IMG/VR virus record: IMGVR_UViG_3300000366_000001
Location: 1 to 64,000 of that record
Source of the DNA: a virus
Reading direction: 5' to 3' (one strand)
Length of the DNA: 64,000 nt
Part shown: one piece after another, positions 37,538 to 45,866 of the stretch
Position numbering within the stretch: position 1 is the stretch's first letter
Layout of the letters: each line of letters begins with the position of its first letter
Made by a program: the position numbers and the translations under genes
The notes under the pieces: model-generated
Told to the model about the DNA's origin: nothing
Database searches by the model: none
The model's input: the letters and a program-made list of their open reading frames with translations, nothing else

Positions 37538-37789
37538 TCAGTAATACCTTTTCAATTCAGTTAATGAGCCAGTGCGTTTAATCTTTACGCGCCTTTTGTG
37601 CCTTGAATAAATCGCTTCAAAACCATATCCATTTGAATACTTTTTTATTTGTATAGCGGGTCTTACTGGATTACTACAATTAATCCACATTAAGCCAGTA
37701 ACCTTAAATTTATTATTATTATGTGCTATCATCTGCAAATTATCACAGAGATGTGCTTTAGCTTCTTTCTTTGTTTTAAAATTATTCAT
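37538..37789 (-). CDS. hypothetical basic protein
   Basis: 83 aa; ATG verified. Confidence 0.55.
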   Translation of the reverse strand: MNNFKTKKEAKAHLCDNLQMIAHNNNKFKVTGLMWINCSNPVRPAIQIKKYSNGYGFEAIYSRHKRRVKIKRTGSLTELKRYY

Positions 37790-37803
37790 CTACTTGAAAT
37801 TCC

Positions 37804-38256
37804 TTATTGTATATCTAAAAGCCGTTTAACTTGACTCAAGTATAATCGAAATTCTTTAACGTTGTCAACCTTTTTTCCTTTGAAATGATACGGCTTTTTA
37901 CGCTTCCTGAATCGCTCACAGATACGCGCAAGGTTATGCCGATAATCTTTAACGGTAGGCTGGTAGTCGTTTAAGAAGTGGGCTGGTACATTTTCGGTAG
38001 TGCTATGATAAAGCTGGATTTTAATTCCTCTGCTGATGCACTCTTCCCGTGCCTGTTCAAACTGCCGGTTAGTCCATAGTAGGTGTTTACGACAAAACAG
38101 CACATGGCCTGTTTTAAGCTGGTAGCTTGACGGTGCCTTGCTGGCATTATCCTTTCCCTGTAGCAGTTCATTTTGTGGCCTTAATCCTTCCCTGTGAGCT
38201 GCTATCAGGTGTTCGTCTAGCAGTAGTTTTGCTGGTATGCAGTTGATTCTAGTCAT
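37804..38256 (-). CDS. denV: pyrimidine-dimer DNA glycosylase (T4 endonuclease V family)
   Basis: The N-terminus MTRIN...LLDEHLIAAHREGLR parallels T4 DenV ([26 protein letters not shown]). Confidence 0.75.
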   Translation of the reverse strand: MTRINCIPAKLLLDEHLIAAHREGLRPQNELLQGKDNASKAPSSYQLKTGHVLFCRKHLLWTNRQFEQAREECISRGIKIQLYHSTTENVPAHFLNDYQPTVKDYRHNLARICERFRKRKKPYHFKGKKVDNVKEFRLYLSQVKRLLDIQ

Positions 38257-38657
38257 GGGGTTTTTGCTCCTATATGGATCATCTTAGCGCTTGCTAGATC
38301 TATCGTCTTTTGGCACAGGTTAACATCAAACATGGCAATATGGCAATCTTTTTTGTCCAGCCCAAGACTGCCAGCAAGCCATTGATAGGCTTTTGATCTT
38401 GTCATTTTTCTGGTCTTCCATAAAATGTCAAAAGCAACATGGGCTTTACTCCGAATAGCTCTAAGCTCTGCATTCGCAAGCGTTCCCAACGGCTTTACAG
38501 TGCCTTTATGACAGCCAACAAAGGCGGGTTCATGACCATTATCACAATAGTAAAATCTGAGGCAATACAGGTCAGTCCGATGAGGATAAATTTTATCGCC
38601 ACTTACTAGCAATGCCTCTCCACCACAATAAGGGCATATTACTGTCTTCTGGTGCAT
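38253..38657 (-). CDS. zinc-finger protein, DUF3268-like
   Basis: Has CPYCGG...YYCDNGH...VGCHKGT..PLGTLANAELR...AH..FD..W...CHIAMFD. Confidence 0.65.
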   Translation of the reverse strand: MHQKTVICPYCGGEALLVSGDKIYPHRTDLYCLRFYYCDNGHEPAFVGCHKGTVKPLGTLANAELRAIRSKAHVAFDILWKTRKMTRSKAYQWLAGSLGLDKKDCHIAMFDVNLCQKTIDLASAKMIHIGAKTP

Positions 38658-38739
38658 TGATTGATCTCCTAATTGATTTTGGCTAGTCTAATCGGTTTTT
38701 GTGTTGGTGGCAAGGGTTTTAGGTATTGTATTTTAGGTA

Positions 38740-38764
38740 ATAACAAACCGGCTCTTTGGCCGGT
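38740..38764 (-). terminator. possible terminator
   Basis: Stem ACCGGC/GCCGGT followed by TTTGTTATT on the minus strand. Confidence 0.4.
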
Positions 38765-38843
38765 GTGGATTATTTTTCTGGTGGCGGGAAGATGGTCATA
38801 ACCGCTCGATAAGCCGGATTCTGGCGAACCGGCTATCTCGGTG

Positions 38844-39038
38844 TTATGCGGACGCAGCGAACCACCAGCCGAAAGCAAAATACGCTGCCCAAACGAATCC
38901 AATAGGCAACAACCAAGACAACCGGAAAATAGCTCCGAAGTCGTAATCTCCAGATCGCTCGTATGGACGACACATCATTCCTAAACATGCCAGCGTTAAA
39001 ACGCACGGCACCCAAAACACAGAAACTGTAAATACCAT
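38844..39038 (-). CDS. small membrane protein
   Basis: ATG at 39038 (MVFTVSVFWVPCVLTLACLGMM...) after GGGAGA. Preferred over two overlapping ORFs. Confidence 0.5.
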   Translation of the reverse strand: MVFTVSVFWVPCVLTLACLGMMCRPYERSGDYDFGAIFRLSWLLPIGFVWAAYFAFGWWFAASA

Positions 39039-39113
39039 TTCAATCTCCCGCCCGCAGGGCATAACAAAAAGCTTAAAGTGGACGCATAAGAATGCGAAAT
39101 TTATGTGTAAATT

Positions 39114-39317
39114 CTAGTACACCATAACGAAATTTTTACAATCTCCCGTATGACGCCACCCATTAGATGAAATAGCTTCTCTACAGCATCGGGTTGCAGG
39201 ATCGACCTCAGCAATACTGAAGCTTATATTATGACTTTTGGAAATGTTCTCAACTATCTTTTCCAGATGTTCAGGTGAAACGCCACTTACTTCTGCAGAA
39301 ATTCGATGTATTATCAT
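39114..39317 (-). CDS. hypothetical protein
   Basis: 67 aa; ATG verified. Confidence 0.55.
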   Translation of the reverse strand: MIIHRISAEVSGVSPEHLEKIVENISKSHNISFSIAEVDPATRCCREAISSNGWRHTGDCKNFVMVY

Positions 39318-39348
39318 GCTCTTACCCTAATTTTCAAATTATAATTTA

Positions 39349-39678
39349 TTATTGCACAAGATAAACTTCACCACCAGCCTTAACAGACTTAACAGTCTCA
39401 AGGTTGATTGACCGCCAGCATTTGTAATCTGGCTCACCTTTACGCTTAAGGGTAATATCCATTACTGATAACAGGTTAGGATTGTTCTTTTTGCGCGTCT
39501 CAACGGCCTGCTTGGTTGATTCTGACTTGTACGACTCTACCAACCCTTTTACAAACTTAGGGTTGAAGCTCATAACCCTCTCTGATCCATCTTTCTTGAT
39601 AAAGGTAACGCGCATAATGCGGCTACCTGATTGCTGGATTAATTCGCGAATCTGCTGAATGTCTTTGATGGTTTTCAT
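39349..39678 (-). CDS. hypothetical protein (DUF2693-like, tentative)
   Basis: 109 aa; pattern MRVTFIKKDGSERVMSF. Confidence 0.5.
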   Translation of the reverse strand: MKTIKDIQQIRELIQQSGSRIMRVTFIKKDGSERVMSFNPKFVKGLVESYKSESTKQAVETRKKNNPNLLSVMDITLKRKGEPDYKCWRSINLETVKSVKAGGEVYLVQ

Positions 39679-39708
39679 GTTTTTATCTCCTGAGTTGGTA
39701 TGTCTAGT

Positions 39709-39737
39709 ATCTTACTGACTTTATTCTATGATGTCAA
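39709..39737 (-). promoter_or_regulatory. sigma70-type promoter TTGACA-17-TAAGAT
   Basis: -35 at 39737-39732 and -10 at 39714-39709. Confidence 0.65.
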
Positions 39738-39749
39738 CAGATTTTAAAT

Positions 39750-39980
39750 CTATTTCTTCTGCAAGAAAATATTTTTCATAGCGTAACAAATTCTATTAAG
39801 CTTAGGTTTAAACTTTAGTTTTACTCCAATACCGCTAGGACTATCTATCACATACTCTACCTTGCTGATGTCAACTCGGTATGATCTACCCTTTCCAGGC
39901 TTTGAATACTTAAATACCTCTTTCTCGTGATATGCGTCTTGCTTTACTGAATCTAAAATCATAGATTTATAATTGCTCAT
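39750..39980 (-). CDS. hypothetical protein
   Basis: 76 aa; ATG verified. Confidence 0.55.
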   Translation of the reverse strand: MSNYKSMILDSVKQDAYHEKEVFKYSKPGKGRSYRVDISKVEYVIDSPSGIGVKLKFKPKLNRICYAMKNIFLQKK

Positions 39981-40022
39981 CTTGGCTTTCTCCTAGTTGC
40001 TTTGTTGTTTGACTGTATGAGT

Positions 40023-40051
40023 ATATTAATCCTTACCGTTTATCGTGTCAA
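40023..40051 (-). promoter_or_regulatory. sigma70-type promoter TTGACA-17-TAATAT
   Basis: -35 at 40051-40046 and -10 at 40028-40023. Confidence 0.65.
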
Positions 40052-40058
40052 CCACTTT

Positions 40059-40274
40059 TCACATAAAAATACTAAAAATCATGTATGTGATAGCCGATAA
40101 CCATAAAAAATCAAGAAATCCACCTAGTTCAGATTGATCCACGCTTCTGCCTGAAAGCAAGCCAGAAAGTTTAACAATAGTATTTTTAATCCCAAAAGAA
40201 AGTCCGTACCCAAGAATTATTGACAATAACATATAATCAAACTGCGTTGCGTTTTCAGCAAAAATATCAATCAT
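40059..40274 (-). CDS. small membrane protein
   Basis: 71 aa with two hydrophobic helices. Confidence 0.55.
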   Translation of the reverse strand: MIDIFAENATQFDYMLLSIILGYGLSFGIKNTIVKLSGLLSGRSVDQSELGGFLDFLWLSAITYMIFSIFM

Positions 40275-40307
40275 TGGTAATTCCTTCTATTTGTTAATGT
40301 GCTCTTA

Positions 40308-40335
40308 GTTTTACATTAAAATCAAAGACTGTCAA
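40308..40335 (-). promoter_or_regulatory. sigma70-type promoter TTGACA-16-TAAAAC
   Basis: -35 at 40335-40330 and -10 at 40313-40308. Confidence 0.55.
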
Positions 40336-40363
40336 CCATTTTTTTTCAAAAAACCTTAAAAAA

Positions 40364-40717
40364 TCACCCTACACGCTTCACAGTTTCGACAAAGCTAACC
40401 AAGGCATAAAGTCCAGGCGCACCATCAGACTCTATCCAGCGCTCTTTCATGTAGTTAGCCAGTCTTGAGCAAGCCACCACGTTACCTTTAACATAACCCT
40501 TGTTAGCGTCTATACGGTCTATTGTGCGGTCTGTTTGTCTTTGACTGTTACCACGGCAAGCGGTTAGAGAAATTCCCGTGTAAAAGCATTTGTTATGGCT
40601 TAGTAAAGCCTTAACGTCATCAAGGTTTAAGTCGAACTGAATGTTACGCTCATGGGCCGACTTGTGCAGCTGGAAATACTTATCTCTAGCTCTTTGTGCT
40701 GGTGTCTTGCTGATCAT
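40364..40717 (-). CDS. HNH-family endonuclease-like protein
   Basis: Has CFYTG...TIDRIDANKGYVKGNVVACSRLANYMK, the DRID...N variant of the HNH motif. Confidence 0.5.
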   Translation of the reverse strand: MISKTPAQRARDKYFQLHKSAHERNIQFDLNLDDVKALLSHNKCFYTGISLTACRGNSQRQTDRTIDRIDANKGYVKGNVVACSRLANYMKERWIESDGAPGLYALVSFVETVKRVG

Positions 40718-40766
40718 TTTATACTCCTTGTTGGTCTGCTTTTTGTGTTTAGCCTTTCTACTTAAC

Positions 40767-41006
40767 CTATCCTCTCATATAGCTATCAGCCAGGTCAAGG
40801 CTTTTTTGTATTGCTTCTTCTAATTGCTTATCGTCAACCAATAACTTAATTCTATTAACGACTCCGGTAAGCAAAATTATTGCATCTTTCTCCCCTAATG
40901 CTAATTCAGCGCAATCGTGAATAGCATCGGTATAGCCTTTGTTGTATTCTGTTGTCCTGGGTTTTTCAATATCTAAAATTGATTGCCTAAGTGTTGTTGT
41001 GTTCAT
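40767..41006 (-). CDS. hypothetical protein
   Basis: 79 aa; ATG verified. Confidence 0.55.
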   Translation of the reverse strand: MNTTTLRQSILDIEKPRTTEYNKGYTDAIHDCAELALGEKDAIILLTGVVNRIKLLVDDKQLEEAIQKSLDLADSYMRG

Positions 41007-41040
41007 AAAAAAGCCCCTATTAAAAGGGGCTAGTTTAGCA
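41007..41040 (-). terminator. hairpin plus T6 abutting the ATG, preceded by TGCTAAACT
   Basis: Stem AGCCCCT/AGGGGCT (41012-41031). An extended -10-like TGCTAAACT lies at 41040-41032. Confidence 0.5.
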
Positions 41041-41056
41041 TTAATGTTTTGACTAT

Positions 41057-41347
41057 CTATACCTTAATGCTGCATTTTACTTTCATAGATCCTTCATTGT
41101 CAACAAGGACACCATCGCATTCAACATGACAATAATCATCGGTAATTTTTTCGATCAAATTACCGCAGAATGATTTAACTGTGATAATAGTAAAATCACA
41201 TTGATTAATATGGTTTTTAATTTTATTGATATCTAAATCTGCATCACACTCCTCGAAAACACAGGCTTTAAATTTATCCATCAAGCTATTTGCCAGTAGG
41301 GTTTTACCCGAACCAGATTTACCGCTAACAACAATTAGTTTATTCAT
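41057..41347 (-). CDS. small P-loop NTPase
   Basis: ATG at 41347; Walker A motif GKSGSGKT in MNKLIVVSGKSGSGKTLL. Confidence 0.6.
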   Translation of the reverse strand: MNKLIVVSGKSGSGKTLLANSLMDKFKACVFEECDADLDINKIKNHINQCDFTIITVKSFCGNLIEKITDDYCHVECDGVLVDNEGSMKVKCSIKV

Positions 41348-41391
41348 ATATAATCCTGTTTTTTTTGAGTTTAAAATTAAAAGCAATAAGT

Positions 41392-41763
41392 TTAAAAGTT
41401 TTCACGCATCTGTTTTACTTTTTCCTCCGGTACGTCATGCACATTTTGAAATTTACCTTGACAGGTTAACAACCTGAACTTCGCGAGTTTTTTATTGCGC
41501 CTTTCAATCATTTGCTTGAGCTGTTCATTTTTGCTTTCCTCTGTGGCTGTTAATTTTCGTACTTTGTGTAGAAGAAGATAAGCACCCTGCGTTCCATCAC
41601 ATAGTCGGTATTGATCATTTTCGCCTTTAAACAAAGGCGTATCAGAGCCATCATATCCAAACAGCTCGACAATCTTCCCTTCCTTGAATCCACAAGAAGA
41701 TTCCAGTATCTCGAACTTATCGCCGACTTGATAGCCCAGCTTATCGCAAGGTGTTTTATTCAA
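41392..41763 (-). CDS. hypothetical protein
   Basis: 123 aa. Only a TTG start is available. An out-of-frame ATG ATT GAA TAA mini-ORF overlaps that start. Confidence 0.5.
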   Translation of the reverse strand: MNKTPCDKLGYQVGDKFEILESSCGFKEGKIVELFGYDGSDTPLFKGENDQYRLCDGTQGAYLLLHKVRKLTATEESKNEQLKQMIERRNKKLAKFRLLTCQGKFQNVHDVPEEKVKQMRENF

Positions 41764-41880
41764 TCATTTTGTACGTCCTCTTTCGTGTTGTGTTTAATTA
41801 GGTTTTTTTGCGACCAATCCTTCATTATTTTGTGTATCAATAGACCACTGATACCAAAAGGCGATTGCTTCAATGTGGTA

Positions 41881-41909
41881 ATTTTAGCCCAGCTAGACAC
41901 CTATTGCAA
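41881..41909 (-). promoter_or_regulatory. sigma70-type promoter TTGCAA-17-TAAAAT
   Basis: -35 at 41909-41904 and -10 at 41886-41881; leader of about 110 nt. Confidence 0.55.
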
Positions 41910-42155
41910 GCTCTTTTTTTTAAAATATATTCTCGATCAAAAGTAATTTTTATGATATCCCTTAATATCTATCAGAGCTTTACGCTGAAAGATCTTAACC
42001 CTTCTGGTCTTGCCCGTGCTCTTTACTTCCAGTCTGCTCAATAATCCACTTTCTAACCTCTTGATAATCCTTGTAGATAAGATCATCATTTGGAAAATGG
42101 TTAGGCGCTTCTTTGTCAATAAGTATTTTTTTATCTTGTTTACCCTCCAACAATT

Positions 42156-42183
42156 AAAAAAGCCACACCCGAAGGCATGGCTT
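42156..42183 (-). terminator. rho-independent terminator after the glutaredoxin gene
   Basis: 10-bp stem with a UUCG loop. It includes two G.U pairs that are valid only on the minus strand. T6 follows. Confidence 0.7.
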
Positions 42184-42209
42184 AAAGATACTACTGTTAG
42201 CTTTTGGTG

Positions 42210-42434
42210 TCAAGCTTTTTCAGATAAAAGCCTAACCAAATCATCATAGCCACCCACATGCTTTCCATCAAAAAACACTTGTGGCACCGTTTCAGGCTCA
42301 TACCCAAGCAGTTCGCACATTTCATCAATCGCTTCCACTGTATCAATATCCTTAAATTGATAGTCTTTTCCCTGTAACGCCTCCTTTGCCTTCTGACAAA
42401 AGCTGCACCAATCTGCACCGTAAATCACAAACAT
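42210..42434 (-). CDS. glutaredoxin / NrdH-like redoxin
   Basis: ATG at 42434 (MFVIYGADWCSFCQKAK); CxxC motif; adjacent to the RNR genes. Confidence 0.8.
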   Translation of the reverse strand: MFVIYGADWCSFCQKAKEALQGKDYQFKDIDTVEAIDEMCELLGYEPETVPQVFFDGKHVGGYDDLVRLLSEKA

Positions 42435-42445
42435 AATCAATCCCC

Positions 42446-44134
42446 TTATTGGCAGGCCGAACACTCATCTTTCGATGCTTGCACATTAGCCTTGCTGTAA
42501 ATGTAATAAAGCCCCAGGATATTGGGATCAAGAAACGCTTTTTTATGCACTCCATTGATATATCCTTCATCTTCACCCGCTGAAAAAAACAGGTTCAGGC
42601 TTTGCCATTGGTCGATAAACTTGCCCCTTGTTGACGCTTCACGGATAATTGCATTCTGGTCAATCTCAAAGGCAGTACGCAAAGCGAGTTTTTCTTCATC
42701 AGTAAGGCAGTCCAGTCCCTGAACGCTACCCATAGCATCCCTGACTTGCTCTATATTCGCTTTTGTATAACAACCCTTATCTTTCAACAGTTTCAAAAGA
42801 ACAGGGCTTACACGGTCAACCTCACCGGCCGGTGTGCGTTGAGTATAAACAAAAGCAGTATCAGGGTTAATGCCTTCTGAAATACCACCCATAATCAAGG
42901 CCGTTGATTTTGTTGGCGCTACAGCAAGCCTATGCGTATTTGCCATGCCGTAACCCTTCATAAACTCAGGCTCACCGTACACTGAAGCAATCCATTGTGA
43001 CGCTTTACGGCTGTCTTTGTCCAGCTTGTCGAACAACTTGACGTTGAAGAAGTGTGCTTTCAAACTATCAAACGGGATCATGTTTTGCTGTAAATAGGTG
43101 TGATAACCACAAACACCCAAGCCAAGAGCGCGGCTTTTCTTAGTGAACCTTACAGCCTTTTCTAGCCCCTTGATATTCTTTGCACGTTCTAAAAACTCTT
43201 GCACCACGCAATCAAGGAAAACAGTGGCCTCAAATACAGAATCCGTGTCTTTCCATTCATCATACTTGGCAGCATTCATGCTTGAAAGGACACAAGTAAA
43301 CGTGTGATCCTTGTCAGAGAATAGGGCTATTTCACTGCATAATTGACTTGACTTGATAGTTAAGTCTTGATCTTTGTACCACTGTGGGCGCTTTGCATTA
43401 GCCTTATCAATAAACCAATAGTAGCCTTTTCCGGTTGGCATTTTAGTGGTCATGGCCTTAGCATAGCGCCGGATTGCTTCAGGGTCTTTATTTACCAAAG
43501 CATCGATAAAGGCATCTGGTATATTCCATCCGATATTGTTACCATCTGGATTGTGCTTCAGGTAGGTGCAAACCTCATCAAAATCACCATGATCTATAGG
43601 TAGGTATCCTGCCCATGATCCACGCCTTGCAGTGCCTTGCACCACATATTCCATATCTTTCTGGAAGCCTTCAATAATCGGCATCACGCCTGAAGCATGC
43701 CCACCAATAGAAATGCGCTCGCCTCTTGGACGAACATCACCCAAGTAGGACGCAGTACCAAACCCCATCTTGGTTAACATAGCTACTTCTTGTTTGCATT
43801 CATAAATATCATACAGGTCATCAGCCATGTAATTACCAGCGCAAGACACCGTTAATCCTCGATTAGTGCCAGTATTAGCAAGTACAGGCGTAGAAGGGCT
43901 TAACCAGCCCCTCCAAAGAAGTTTAAAGAACTTGGAGTACCATTCTTGAGGGTCTGGCGTATGCGCTGCTAGAGTCTTTGCAATACGCTCATATTGCTCT
44001 TTAGGCGTCTTGGCTTGATAGAGATATTTTTCTTTAAACATCTGCCAGCCAGCCGTACTGAACCATTCAGGCATAGTGCCTTCTGCCTGCATCTTCTTGC
44101 GTTCTTCTGATAGCTTGTTGTAAATGTTTGTCAT
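42446..44134 (-). CDS. nrdA: ribonucleotide reductase large subunit (class I, no long ATP-cone)
   Basis: 562 aa; C-terminal Cys pair ...DECSACQ; paired with an NrdB-like gene. Confidence 0.8.
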   Translation of the reverse strand: MTNIYNKLSEERKKMQAEGTMPEWFSTAGWQMFKEKYLYQAKTPKEQYERIAKTLAAHTPDPQEWYSKFFKLLWRGWLSPSTPVLANTGTNRGLTVSCAGNYMADDLYDIYECKQEVAMLTKMGFGTASYLGDVRPRGERISIGGHASGVMPIIEGFQKDMEYVVQGTARRGSWAGYLPIDHGDFDEVCTYLKHNPDGNNIGWNIPDAFIDALVNKDPEAIRRYAKAMTTKMPTGKGYYWFIDKANAKRPQWYKDQDLTIKSSQLCSEIALFSDKDHTFTCVLSSMNAAKYDEWKDTDSVFEATVFLDCVVQEFLERAKNIKGLEKAVRFTKKSRALGLGVCGYHTYLQQNMIPFDSLKAHFFNVKLFDKLDKDSRKASQWIASVYGEPEFMKGYGMANTHRLAVAPTKSTALIMGGISEGINPDTAFVYTQRTPAGEVDRVSPVLLKLLKDKGCYTKANIEQVRDAMGSVQGLDCLTDEEKLALRTAFEIDQNAIIREASTRGKFIDQWQSLNLFFSAGEDEGYINGVHKKAFLDPNILGLYYIYSKANVQASKDECSACQ

Positions 44135-44177
44135 TTGTTTTGTGTCCTGCTGTTAATGTTTTTGGCTTTAATAATAA

Positions 44178-45173
44178 TCAGAAAGTAAACGCAGACTCAG
44201 ACCACGCCCGTTCATACTGATTGCCTTGTGAACTAAAAAAGTCTTGCATTTGATATCCGTTAATGCCCTTGTAAAACCATTCTGCAATAGGATTGTACTC
44301 GACACTATACAGGTTTTCATACCCCATATTACGCAGACATACGTTAATTCTGGACTGGACAAAATGCTCTAGTTGATTAGCTGTGATTGATTCAATTCGA
44401 CCTTTTTCAAATATCTTTTTGATAATCTGTTGCTCGTGCTGATAAACAACTTCAGCAGCCGAATAAATGTCTTTCTTTAGCTTATCAAGGTATTGATCAT
44501 CAATCAATCCGGCTTCATACATTTCATGCTTTAGTTGCTTAAATAGCCAGCCAGCAGCTTCAGAGTGCAAAGCTTCGTCACGGGCAGAAAAGTTAATCCC
44601 TGATACTACGTTAAGAAGCTTATTTTTCCCCTGGCTCTGAAAGTGCTTTAGGAATGCAAAGGACGAATACAGAACAGCGCCTTCACCAAACGTAAATGCA
44701 CCCAAAGCCTTCAGGTCGTCATCAGAAGTAAGGACGTTATGCAGAAATGAAATTCGCTCTACTAAAACAGGGTCTTCTTTGTATTCGTCATAAAACTCAT
44801 CAGTTGCAAGCCCAAGTTCTTCATTTAGCTTTGCATAGAACTTGCCGTGAACCTGCAACTCAATAGCAGCAAACATAGCAGCCATAGGCTGAATGTCAGC
44901 CGGTCTAGGAAACTTCTTAAATACAAAGTTGAGCCAAAATTCATCGCCGATAATCTGCTCGTATTTAGTAAACAGCTTTAATACAGTAATAACACCATGA
45001 CGCTCTGATTCTGTCATGTTTACGAGAATATCTTGTTTGTCCTTTTGAACCTTTACCTCGTTATGAGGCCAGAATATATTAGCTTGTTTATCTGCAAAAT
45101 CTACAGCTTGCGGATAGTCCACTGTAAATGTTTCTTTAGGAGTTTTCATCCTAACTTGATTGCTTGAATCCAT
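44178..45173 (-). CDS. nrdB: ribonucleotide reductase small subunit
   Basis: 331 aa; ferritin-like Glu/His motifs (EALHSEA); C-terminal ...AWSESAFTF. Confidence 0.8.
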   Translation of the reverse strand: MDSSNQVRMKTPKETFTVDYPQAVDFADKQANIFWPHNEVKVQKDKQDILVNMTESERHGVITVLKLFTKYEQIIGDEFWLNFVFKKFPRPADIQPMAAMFAAIELQVHGKFYAKLNEELGLATDEFYDEYKEDPVLVERISFLHNVLTSDDDLKALGAFTFGEGAVLYSSFAFLKHFQSQGKNKLLNVVSGINFSARDEALHSEAAGWLFKQLKHEMYEAGLIDDQYLDKLKKDIYSAAEVVYQHEQQIIKKIFEKGRIESITANQLEHFVQSRINVCLRNMGYENLYSVEYNPIAEWFYKGINGYQMQDFFSSQGNQYERAWSESAFTF

Positions 45174-45196
45174 AATAAACCACCAATTACCAGAGA

Positions 45197-45220
45197 CAAA
45201 AAAAGCGCAGCTTGTGCGCT
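45197..45220 (-). terminator. rho-independent terminator
   Basis: Stem AGCGCA/TGCGCT followed by T7 on the minus strand. Confidence 0.65.
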
Positions 45221-45242
45221 TGCTATTTAATTCTTTTAATCT

Positions 45243-45467
45243 TTACTGCTCAAGACAATTCAAGTATTTCATAAGCAGTGTAAAATTTTCTTTTGTTGTT
45301 ACCACTTCTTGACTTTCATTATACCAAAATCTCAGGCCACTAGGTTCAGCGCAAACTTGATTACTTTGATCTTTTGCTGTCAGAAGACTGCATCCGGTCA
45401 TCAGGCTTATCACCAAAACGGTCATTAACCCACTTAACAGGATCTTCTTGTATTTCGTTTTGGTCAT
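45243..45467 (-). CDS. lipoprotein (o-spanin-like or surface-exclusion type)
   Basis: Internal ATG at 45467 gives MTKTKYKKILLSGLMTVLVISLMTGC with lipobox LMTGC; AAGGA upstream. Confidence 0.6.
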   Translation of the reverse strand: MTKTKYKKILLSGLMTVLVISLMTGCSLLTAKDQSNQVCAEPSGLRFWYNESQEVVTTKENFTLLMKYLNCLEQ

Positions 45468-45561
45468 TAGTGTACCGATCCTTTTTATCTTGTTTTTTCT
45501 TGAGATTGAACTTTTCAGCAATGAAAACAAGGATAAATAATATTTTGTCAAGTATTGTCAT
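45361..45561 (-). CDS. possible i-spanin-like protein overlapping the lipoprotein gene
   Basis: ATG at 45561 gives MTILDKILFILVFIAEKF..., followed by a charged tail. It overlaps the lipoprotein ORF by 107 nt in another frame. Confidence 0.35.
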   Translation of the reverse strand: MTILDKILFILVFIAEKFNLKKKQDKKDRYTNDQNEIQEDPVKWVNDRFGDKPDDRMQSSDSKRSK

Positions 45562-45616
45562 GTTTCGGCCTTGCTTGTAAAACAAATAGCATAAAAAGGC
45601 ATCCTTGCCCTGTTTT

Positions 45617-45817
45617 TTAATGCTCCTGCTTGTCTGTTTTGTTTGTTTCAACAATAACACGATCATTCGGGGTAAACTTACTAATTAAGTCGTAAATCTT
45701 ACCAAAGAAGTTGGCGTATTTTGGTGTTGGCAAAAATCTCGCAAGCATTGCCAGAGCACCAAAAACAGCCAGGGCTGCCTGCAATATTTCATCCCAATTA
45801 CTGACAATAAATTCCAT
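45617..45817 (-). CDS. small single-pass membrane protein (holin-like)
   Basis: 66 aa; TM segment ILQAALAVFGALAMLARFL. Confidence 0.45.
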   Translation of the reverse strand: MEFIVSNWDEILQAALAVFGALAMLARFLPTPKYANFFGKIYDLISKFTPNDRVIVETNKTDKQEH

Positions 45818-45866
45818 AATAAAACCTCATTTAAAAGTTAAACAAGGCTTTATTTTAACATGGATA

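Noticed and set aside
38669-39015. ORFs 38669..38902 (77 aa) and 38833..39015 (60 aa)
   Set aside because: They overlap each other and the better-supported membrane-protein ORF. They lack an RBS, and their translations are Arg/Pro/Gly-rich, as expected from GC-rich non-coding sequence.
41937-42119. 60-aa TTG-initiated ORF and an alternative 52-aa frame after the glutaredoxin terminator
   Set aside because: Only TTG starts are available and there is no SD. One frame reads protein-like (NHFPNDDLIYKDYQEVRKWIIEQ), but I cannot define a start, so it is left unannotated.
42197-42576. ORFs 42197..42418 and 42352..42576
   Set aside because: They are alternative frames of the glutaredoxin and nrdA genes, which have clear functional motifs.
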